64,000 nucleotides of DNA from assembly GCA_044892525.1 (NCBI GenBank), contig CM097885.1:15316001-15380000 (forward strand). The letters are read 5' to 3'. The notes below the pieces were generated by a model. The model searched no databases. It saw only the letters and a list, made by a program, of their open reading frames with translations, and was not told where the DNA came from. Every line of letters begins with the position of its first letter. The stretch's first letter is position 1. Positions 45,805-53,603 of this stretch are shown here, piece after piece. The stretch is from Schmidtea polychroa (lineage: Eukaryota). The position numbers and the translations under genes were made by a program.

Positions 45805-46698
45805 TTATAACTTCGTATACTTATTAAATTTATCTTTTGAAATTATTCCTTGTTTTAACAAATCTTTAGAAATCTTTAAAATATCAGAATCTAAATTATT
45901 ATGTCCTGCTTTCCTTGCAGCTAATAGTTTTCTTAATTCAATAAAAAGATTGATGGGATTTGGTTTACCACCTTCACTAATTAATCCCTCTCCCTCTGTA
46001 ACAACATAACCCTTTTCATTTTTATTTAAATAATTCTTTAAATCTTGAATATATTTTGCTTTAGAACTAGCTCTTATTAATTTTATTAAATTTAAATATT
46101 TTTTAATTTCTTCAACATCATCTGAAGAATATCCACAAAGTAATCTATAAAAATCATCTGTAAATTCAAAGTCTAAATATTCATTATTATAAACATTTTG
46201 TGAATGAATACGTGATTTATTTTCTGAATTTGAATATAAAGTAAAGTTTTGTTTATTAATTGTTATTATTTGATATCCTTCAGTATTAGTATTAAATGTG
46301 GGTCTAATTGAAGGAGGTAAATCATCTCTAATTTTAGGATCAACTTTAAGAGCTTTTGTTTTTAAAAACATTTCTTCTTCTTCCACATTAGAAATTCTTC
46401 TGCGTTTTCTTTGATTTCTTTCAGAATGACTTTCAGGATGGTTTTCACTGGATTCTTTTTCTTTATCCTGCCACTCTAGTTCTTTTATTTTTTGTTTTTT
46501 ATCTTCTAACTCTTTAAATTTTGCTTGCTCATTGAAATCTTCCAACTCTTTTATAGCTTTAATTGTTGGCCCCTGTTGTTGTGTTATTACCTCATTTAAT
46601 ATTATAGATTCAGCATGTTGAGTTGTATCTTTTTTATTATATTTATCTTGTTCTGATTGTAATTTTTTTAAAAGTGCTAATCTTTCTTCATATACCAT
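45805..46698 (-). CDS. Conserved Polinton protein of unknown function (possible core protein)
   Basis: C-terminal GEGL..PINLFIELRKLLAARKAGHN..I..I..DL...GII resembles a motif recurrent in Polinton proteins; NLS-like QRKRRR. Confidence 0.8.
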   Translation of the reverse strand: MVYEERLALLKKLQSEQDKYNKKDTTQHAESIILNEVITQQQGPTIKAIKELEDFNEQAKFKELEDKKQKIKELEWQDKEKESSENHPESHSERNQRKRRRISNVEEEEMFLKTKALKVDPKIRDDLPPSIRPTFNTNTEGYQIITINKQNFTLYSNSENKSRIHSQNVYNNEYLDFEFTDDFYRLLCGYSSDDVEEIKKYLNLIKLIRASSKAKYIQDLKNYLNKNEKGYVVTEGEGLISEGGKPNPINLFIELRKLLAARKAGHNNLDSDILKISKDLLKQGIISKDKFNKYTKL

Positions 46699-46720
46699 TT
46701 TAATGGTATCAAAAATGGTA

Positions 46721-47299
46721 TCATAGTTCGAAGGGCTTCAAGTATAATCCTTTACCATTTTTAGTTTTACAAAGGCATCCATTCTTTAAAGATTTACATA
46801 TTTTTTTTAAATCTTCTTTATCTTTCGAAGATAAAGATTCAGATGTAGAAATTTGATTTTTTAAAAAATCATTTAAACCTCTACCTTTATAAGGATCAAG
46901 ATAGAGACCTTTGCCCTGAGACTTTTGCCGACTCCCCTCATATGGATTAAGATAGAGACCCTTTCCAACGGACACTCCCCCTTTAGCTTGCCCTACCTTC
47001 TTCATTGAATCGATTTCAGTTTGTAGTTTTTCTTTTTCTAGGTCTGTCTTTTGAGATTCTTTAGCTTTTTGAACTGTAGTTGCAATTCCTCCAGCTATTC
47101 CAGCAGCACCTGATAAACCAGCAATGATTGCAGGTATTAAAGCAGCTAATGGAAGAATGCCACCTTCTTTAGCTTCGTGGAGCTTCGCTCTAACTTGTTC
47201 TTTTACATGTTTTCCAATAAAATATTTTTTACCATCAATTACTACTGATTTATTTTTATTTGAATTTATTAATTCTTGCAAAGATTCTTCAGTTGTCAT
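46721..47299 (-). CDS. Adenovirus pX/mu-like virion core or membrane-active precursor
   Basis: EGGILPLAALIPAIIAGLSGAAGIA resembles adenovirus pX GGILPLLIPLIAAAIGA; repeated GKGLYL motifs. Confidence 0.8.
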   Translation of the reverse strand: MTTEESLQELINSNKNKSVVIDGKKYFIGKHVKEQVRAKLHEAKEGGILPLAALIPAIIAGLSGAAGIAGGIATTVQKAKESQKTDLEKEKLQTEIDSMKKVGQAKGGVSVGKGLYLNPYEGSRQKSQGKGLYLDPYKGRGLNDFLKNQISTSESLSSKDKEDLKKICKSLKNGCLCKTKNGKGLYLKPFEL

Positions 47300-48106
47300 T
47301 TTATAATAAACAAAATGGATATTTGGAAACCAATTTTAAATAGACATAAGAGTAAATTTAATAATAAAGTATTTCCTGATAATTTTAGATTATTAATTGT
47401 TGGTTCTTCTGGATGTGGAAAGAATGTACTTGTTTTGAGAATGTTACTTGAAGATGATTTTTTAGATTATAATAATTTAATCTTTTATTCTACAACCATA
47501 AATCAACCAGAATTACAACTTTTGAAATGTGGATTTGAAAATAAATTAACTAAAAAACCAATAATTGATATTTTTAAAAATCAACATAGGTGTCCTGAAG
47601 AAGTTTTTCAACCTTGTGATATGGTTGATTGGTATAAGGAAAAGATTTTAGAATCAGATATTAGTAATAAAAATGATTATATTTGTGAAGAAGGGCAGGA
47701 GGCAATTCAAGTTTTATTCTCTAATAAACCTGAAGATGTTTTACATTGTGATTTACTTCCTAAAGATAAAAAGAATCTAGTTATATTTGATGATGTTGTC
47801 AACATGAAAAATCAAGAGATTCAAAAGAGTTACTTTACACGAGGTCGACATAATAATTGTAATGTTATTTATATATCTCAAACATATTATGCTTTAGATA
47901 AAAATTCAATAAGAAATAATTCCAATTGTTTTATATTTTTTAAATTAGATCGCCGTGATAAGAATATGATTTATAATGATTTATTTTCAAATGTTGAACC
48001 TGATAAGAATATGTTTGATATGTTTGTTGATAATCATTGGAAAGAAAAATATAATTATATTTATTTGGATAGAGAAGAAGCTGAAATATGGAAAAGTTTG
48101 TTTTAG
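47276..48106 (+). CDS. A32/FtsK-like DNA packaging ATPase; likely start ATG at 47315
   Basis: Walker A GSSGCGKN, Walker B LVIFDD, RGRHNN, YISQ, IRNN. Confidence 0.93.
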   Translation: MQRFFSCHFIINKMDIWKPILNRHKSKFNNKVFPDNFRLLIVGSSGCGKNVLVLRMLLEDDFLDYNNLIFYSTTINQPELQLLKCGFENKLTKKPIIDIFKNQHRCPEEVFQPCDMVDWYKEKILESDISNKNDYICEEGQEAIQVLFSNKPEDVLHCDLLPKDKKNLVIFDDVVNMKNQEIQKSYFTRGRHNNCNVIYISQTYYALDKNSIRNNSNCFIFFKLDRRDKNMIYNDLFSNVEPDKNMFDMFVDNHWKEKYNYIYLDREEAEIWKSLF

Positions 48107-48117
48107 GGCTTGTCGAC

Positions 48118-49041
48118 TTAAAAATCTGTTTTCTGTAGTTCATTATTATAAAATCTACCTAATATTTTTTCATTATTTAAATCAAAGATGGTATATGTTA
48201 TTGGAGTTGTATGATGTATTTTATTTATAATAAAAATTTCATTTGTCCATTTTGCTGTGAATCCTTTTTCAAATTTATTTTTATATTTAAATATTCTTAC
48301 TCGGTCACCAATTTTAAACTTTGGTTTTTCAATAACATCATTTTCAATATTTACCACTTTAATGGTTTCAGGCTTCATGGAAGCATTTAGAGGTGTTAAT
48401 TTTATAGAACTATGTACATCATTATTATGTTCATTTACAATCTTTTGTAACAATTCATTGTTCCATTTTTGTTTTCCAATAGCAGTAAAATATTTCCACA
48501 TTTTATTTTTTAATGTTCTATTTAATCTTTCAACTACGACTGCTTTTCCTTCGTTTTCTGTTGAATATAATTTAATATCATTTTCATTTAAAAACTTTGT
48601 AAAAACTTTGTTATAAAATTCTGTTCCTTTATCACACCATAAATATTTTGGGATTCTTTGATTTTCTTCAAATATATTTTCAAATGCTTCTGTAATAGAA
48701 TATCCTGTTTTATTTTCTAAACATCTTGCAAAAGCAAATCTTGTATATAAATCTATTACAGTTAAAATTATTATTAGATTATTATTTTCATCTAATCTAA
48801 TATCTAGACGTGTTCCTGGTCCAGTATAGTTGTGTTTAAATAAATGTCTTTCACCTGGATATTTTTCTGTAGTAAAAGGTTTTAATATTGAAGATGTTGT
48901 TTTTAAAGATTGCAAATCGCCTCCAGCTCGTGGAATTAGATCACCTCCTGTATGTTTTTTAGTTTTTAAATGACTTGCTTTATGATGTCTTGTAACTTGA
49001 CAATTACAACTTTCACATCTCCAATATTTATTTAGAGACAT
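48118..49041 (-). CDS. Chimeric ORF: zinc finger + PLA2-like N-terminus fused to a retroviral-type (rve) integrase lacking its first catalytic Asp
   Basis: CESC..H..H; HNYTGPGTRLDIRL; ILTVIDLYTRFAFA, LWCDKGTEF, VVERLNRTLK, KFKIGDRVRI, FYNNELQK. Confidence 0.88.
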   Translation of the reverse strand: MSLNKYWRCESCNCQVTRHHKASHLKTKKHTGGDLIPRAGGDLQSLKTTSSILKPFTTEKYPGERHLFKHNYTGPGTRLDIRLDENNNLIIILTVIDLYTRFAFARCLENKTGYSITEAFENIFEENQRIPKYLWCDKGTEFYNKVFTKFLNENDIKLYSTENEGKAVVVERLNRTLKNKMWKYFTAIGKQKWNNELLQKIVNEHNNDVHSSIKLTPLNASMKPETIKVVNIENDVIEKPKFKIGDRVRIFKYKNKFEKGFTAKWTNEIFIINKIHHTTPITYTIFDLNNEKILGRFYNNELQKTDF

Positions 49042-49070
49042 TTTAAAATGTTAAAATATCAGGGATTATA

Positions 49071-50363
49071 TCAAGAATCTCCCCTAACATTTTCAATTAT
49101 TGAAATCTTTCCACCATATAATTTCATTTCTATTTTCTTTTCTTCTAATATTAATGTATATACTTTAGCTTTAAAATTAGAATCCTTTGTTACATGAAGT
49201 GTAACATCAACATTATTTATGGCTAGGCGATCATCTTGGTCTGAAACATTTATACAAAATATAGAATATAAATTTTTGAAATCTTCTAAACTTAATTGCG
49301 GTTCAACTTTGAAATCATAACATGTTTCAATATAATTTAGATATGGGAATATGTTTTCATTATTTTCAATATTAAATTCCATTCTATTTATTGGATAATA
49401 AGAACTATTTAATTGAATTTGGATTGTTTTTAAATTATCAACTCCAATCTTTTGAATAAACAAGTTGTTATTTTTTTGGAAAGATGAATCTACTTCTTTG
49501 AATCCAATCAAGATATATCTTGGTCGGTATGCTAAATTTGCTACCTTTATAGAATATGTTGAACCCTCTGTCATACTAAATTCACTACAGATTCTATTTA
49601 AATAATTTACATTTATAGACTTGTTGGAATTTAATCTTTCAAGGAGTTTAATCTCAGAATGTGGGTTTAATGTCCATTCAGGTATATGTAATTCAAGTGT
49701 TGATAATTTTAATTTAGCTTTTGTATCTACAGCTCCATAGAACAATTTTTTATCACCTTCTACTCTATTACAGATGAATTCTATAAAAACATTATGAAGT
49801 ATACGATTATAGTTTTGAAGGAATCCAAACAAGTGTTTTAATTCAAAATAACCTTCAAATTTTTTAGATTTATAAAGTTCAGCTCTTTTATGGTAACCAT
49901 GGTTTACATCTAAACCATCTTTATCTAAATCCCCTTTATTAACATCAGGAATCCAACCTGTTAATTCACCATATTCGTTTTTATAATCACAACCAGTCAA
50001 AATAAAATTTAACATTGTAGAATATACTCCCGGATGCAAAACAGTTTCAATTTCTGATGATCCTAGTTTTAATCTCATGTTGGAGAATAAATTTGGAAAG
50101 AAATTATTTTCTAGGGTTATATCTTTGTTTGCTTCAATTTCTAATTCGATTTTATAATATAATTTGGCATTACAAATATCTATAGGGTTTGATGTTTGAA
50201 GAGATTGAAAAACTATATCACCCCTACGATTTAAGTTTGCAATCGATCCTGACGTAGGGGATATTTTAAGTACATCATTTTTCTTGATTTCATGAGTAAA
50301 TTCTTTATTATAATCAAGATTTAATTTATTTTTTTCTTGAATTTTAAGATTTATATTATTCAT
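49071..50363 (-). CDS. Major capsid protein (hexon-like double jelly-roll)
   Basis: 430 aa; NNFFPNLFSNMRLKLGSSEIE, LKHLFGFLQNYNRIL, RPRYILIGF, LNSSYYP, FKNLYSIFCINVS; position within the Polinton. Confidence 0.88.
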   Translation of the reverse strand: MNNINLKIQEKNKLNLDYNKEFTHEIKKNDVLKISPTSGSIANLNRRGDIVFQSLQTSNPIDICNAKLYYKIELEIEANKDITLENNFFPNLFSNMRLKLGSSEIETVLHPGVYSTMLNFILTGCDYKNEYGELTGWIPDVNKGDLDKDGLDVNHGYHKRAELYKSKKFEGYFELKHLFGFLQNYNRILHNVFIEFICNRVEGDKKLFYGAVDTKAKLKLSTLELHIPEWTLNPHSEIKLLERLNSNKSINVNYLNRICSEFSMTEGSTYSIKVANLAYRPRYILIGFKEVDSSFQKNNNLFIQKIGVDNLKTIQIQLNSSYYPINRMEFNIENNENIFPYLNYIETCYDFKVEPQLSLEDFKNLYSIFCINVSDQDDRLAINNVDVTLHVTKDSNFKAKVYTLILEEKKIEMKLYGGKISIIENVRGDS

Positions 50364-50419
50364 TTTTATATATTAAAATTTACACACACACAATAGGATT
50401 AATTAAATATATTTTGTAA

Positions 50420-50501
50420 GTCATTATAGCGGAGTGGGAATAGGCTTCAATTTTATCACCGGGAGTACCGGGTTCAATTTTCGATTTTGGTCAATTTTTT
50501 T
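50420..50501 (+). ncRNA. Putative Pol III tRNA-like unit 1 (degenerate)
   Basis: A box TAGCGGAGTGG at 50427, B-like GGTTCAATTTT at 50471, GGTCA then T7. Confidence 0.4.
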
Positions 50502-50653
50502 CGATATTTTTTTTCAACGGAATCTGATTCAGCGTACTGATTTTAGTATATATTTAAATTTTCAGATGGATCTGAGTGGTAGTTGTCGAGAAAATGAATA
50601 ATTAATTATCAATTTCATCAATAAATAGTCACACATTAACAACTTATTTTATA

Positions 50654-50735
50654 TTGAGTATAGCTTAGTGGTAATAGCACTCGACTGCATTGCCAATACC
50701 AATGGGTTCAAATCCCATTTCGGTCATTTTATTTT
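50654..50735 (+). ncRNA. Putative Pol III tRNA-Cys-like unit 2
   Basis: GTATAGCTTAGTGGTAATAGCACTCGACTGCA resembles the tRNA-Cys 5' half; perfect T-arm AATGGG-TTCAAAT-CCCATT; TTTT terminator; acceptor and anticodon stems do not pair. Confidence 0.6.
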
Positions 50736-50896
50736 CAAATTTTTTTTAACGAAATATTGATCAGCATACTCGATTTAGTACTTGTACAAATTTTTAATGA
50801 GATTGGTCAACGGCAACTCTTGGAAATTTAAGATCAAAAACGTTTTAACTTAAGCTACCAAAAATTAATATATCCAATAAAAAAATATTTATAAAA

Positions 50897-51166
50897 ATGG
50901 ATGAGTTAAAAGAAAGAATGAGAAATGAATTGAATGAAGTTAAACATAAGAGAATGAAAAGAAGAGAAGAAGAACCATTAGAATACATCAAAGAGTTGAT
51001 GGTAGATAATGAAAAGTATCGACATTTTTATATGAAGGCTGTAGATGTTGCTGATATAAGATTGAAGAAAATGAAACAATTACAGGAAAGAGTTAAAGAA
51101 CTTGAATCGATTATTTATAGTCTAAAAAATGACAAAAATCCAATCCTAGATAGCGCAGTGGGCTAG
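50897..51166 (+). CDS. Small charged coiled-coil Polinton protein (89 aa)
   Basis: AAAAATG context; upstream TATCCAATAAAAAA motif shared with pPolB. Confidence 0.65.
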   Translation: MDELKERMRNELNEVKHKRMKRREEEPLEYIKELMVDNEKYRHFYMKAVDVADIRLKKMKQLQERVKELESIIYSLKNDKNPILDSAVG

Positions 51167-52054
51167 ACCGGCACAGTGGTTCAAATGGATAGCGGTTCAA
51201 ATCCTAACTGTGGTTAGTTTTTTTTTCAACATAAAATAATATTAAAAATTTGAAAATAATAGTGTGGGTATCTTATATTTATAAAGTACTTGTATATTTT
51301 ATTTTATTTATTTTATTTTATTTTATTTTTTTATTAATTAATTATTTTTTAAACATAAATATGAAAAAAAAATATTGAAACGGGTGATGGTGGCGAACCG
51401 GTAATTATCGTCACCTGTCTTTTGAACACCCCCGGATCGATTCTTTAATGTGCACATTTATTTCTCAGTTGTTTTCGGACCTCTTTCGAATTCGCTTTCG
51501 AATTCATTTGTACTTTCGAGCAGCACACTTAAAACGCCGATGAAATCGTATTCGAGCGAGAAGCGAATAATAAGGTGTGCTGCTATTATCGGATTGATTC
51601 TGATGTATGAGTCTGGCCAGCTTGTATATTGGAAGAGATTCGATAAACGAAAGAGGTTGATAAATAAAAAAAATGATCCGGATCAAAAAAAACTGTTGAG
51701 GGGACAGTGAAAAAAAAAAAAAAAAATACCACTGTCCCCTCAGAGCAGTTTTACTATTTTTCATTTATTTTTTAATTTATATAATTTAAAATCAATAATC
51801 TGATAAAGATCAAATAGCCCTCTAACTTTTTCATAATGCCATTTTCTTTTCTATTCTCTTTTTAGTTTGAAGCTTTTGAGTTTGAGGCTTTAAAGATTAA
51901 AACAGTTAGAGTCATTAAGGGTGGTTGTTTTCAAAATATAGGGTTAAAATACTATAAAAGTATAAGTTTTAGGTTGTTTTTCTAATAGCTTAAGTGATTT
52001 GGAGGCATGTTTTTGTTGGGGGGCTGTTTTGGTTGGGTATATAACCACACTACT
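51123..52054 (-). repeat. Polinton right TIR
   Basis: Mirror of the left TIR (paired coordinates sum to 89517 in the outer part). Confidence 0.95.
51144..51226 (+). ncRNA. Putative Pol III tRNA-like unit 3 (right-TIR copy)
   Basis: A box TAGCGCAGTGG at 51151, B box GGTTCAAATCC at 51194, CTAAC/GTTAG hairpin then T9. Confidence 0.55.
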
Positions 52055-53054
52055 GACACAGAAGGTCCAGTTTACATTTGTCCGGTTAGTTTAGATTCCC
52101 TTCTAACCATCGGTATCAAAGTAACATCTTCCAAAGGTTGATATGTGCATATCTTCTACGACGGTTTGTCCGGATAAATCTTCTTGAACTACGATCGGCT
52201 GAAAACAACACATAAAGGTAAATAATAGGAGATCGGTTCAATTACCTGAAATCTTAATGGTAGCAAATGTTCATTAACCATGGACACATAAACAAAATTT
52301 TTTAAAGTTAAAACATTCTCTCAATCTAAAGGTTTATAATAAATGAATAATTTTAAACAAACAGTAAAGTTAAAGCATTCTCTCAATTTAAAGGTTTATC
52401 GTAAATGAATAATTTTAAAGAAACAGAAAAGGAAAATTAATAATGAGAATATAATTATCGAAAATGGTGATCAACGTGATATCTTAAATAAAAATTGTAG
52501 TAATCTATAATGAAAAATTTTAGAATGTCGAATTTGAGTGATCAGAGTGAAGCAGATCAATGCGAGATGACGAATGCACGCCTCCTCTCCAGGCACATTT
52601 GGCACCACATTCACCGATGGAGCCAGGGACGAGACCTGGATTGTTCGAATTGGGTGATCAGGGAAGGCCCCGAGACAAATGCCCGGTGTGGGTGAAGACC
52701 GAGCCGGATAACAATTGGCTCGTCGAGGCCCGAGATCGCACCATGGGGCTTAGATCCGTGCCGTCAGAGCCGGTCGGCCAATAGAGGAGGTAGAAATGGA
52801 GCCGACACCAGCGAAAAAACGGGGCCGACCCCGCAAGAAGGCCCCCCGAAACTGAAATCTCGACGATCTCAGGGAACTGTCTCACATTTTGTTTTGATTT
52901 TATTGATTTTTCGCGACCCCTGACTAACATTTTACTTAATAAACGTCTTGTTTTCTTTTGTTTTGTTTCGTTAATCTGGGTGTTATAATCTTAATAATCG
53001 ACTTTACGGAAAATTATAATCACCCGTAGAACCTTAGGGTTATATCCCTCTCAG

Positions 53055-53603
53055 ATGAGCGTAGTTGCTTGGACATGGTTACCAAACTTTTGCCTCATAG
53101 GAGCCTGCAAATATAACGAAATAAAATATGGTAAAAGTCGGTTGATTATATATTTCAATTCAGTGTATAAACTATTCAAAGGCCTCCGGAAGGACAGGGA
53201 GCAGGCGCAGCAGCAGGCCGAGCGACTACAACTCAGCGTCAACCAGTTCAAAGAACGTTGCCGGAATATGGAGCAGACTTGGATTTGCCCCGAGGTGGCG
53301 CACAAATACTTAAAACAGATTGAGCAGCTGCAGCTCCAGAACACCCAAGATAAAACCGAAATACGAGCCCTGAAACTACTGATGCGGGCCATGGAGACCA
53401 AATTAAATCAACAGACCATCGACGAGCATGTCACGGCAGCCATCCGGCCCATGGCTATAGAACTGGCCGATATGCACCCACCCAAGCCCAAGGCCAAGCG
53501 AAAACGGTTAGGCCGAGATGGTCATGAACGGCTCAAACGACTGAGGCTAGCAGAACAAAGGCTAGAAGAAGAGGCAACAAAGACAGTACCGCTTAACAGT
53601 TAA
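53055..53603 (+). CDS. GC-rich coiled-coil ORF of unknown function inside the retroelement-like insertion (possibly an exon starting at ~53164)
   Basis: 182-aa ORF with coding-like composition and NLS-like KPKAKRKR; ttcag acceptor at 53163. Confidence 0.4.
   Translation: MSVVAWTWLPNFCLIGACKYNEIKYGKSRLIIYFNSVYKLFKGLRKDREQAQQQAERLQLSVNQFKERCRNMEQTWICPEVAHKYLKQIEQLQLQNTQDKTEIRALKLLMRAMETKLNQQTIDEHVTAAIRPMAIELADMHPPKPKAKRKRLGRDGHERLKRLRLAEQRLEEEATKTVPLNS

Larger units (their letters stand above)
37463..52054. mobile_element. Polinton/Maverick (adintovirus-like endogenous virus), 14,592 bp
   Basis: AGTAGT...ACTACT ends; 6-bp TSD GACACA (37457-37462 and 52055-52060); long TIRs; pPolB, integrase, ATPase, protease, MCP and mCP genes. 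Confidence 0.97.

Noticed and set aside
38960..48616. Short antisense or overlapping ORFs within Polinton genes (e.g. 38960, 40367, 40892, 42020, 44152, 45704, 47124, 48257)
   Set aside because: Shadow frames of real genes with no motifs.
50654..50735. Functional canonical tRNA-Cys
   Set aside because: The acceptor and anticodon stems cannot pair; reported as a tRNA-like unit instead.
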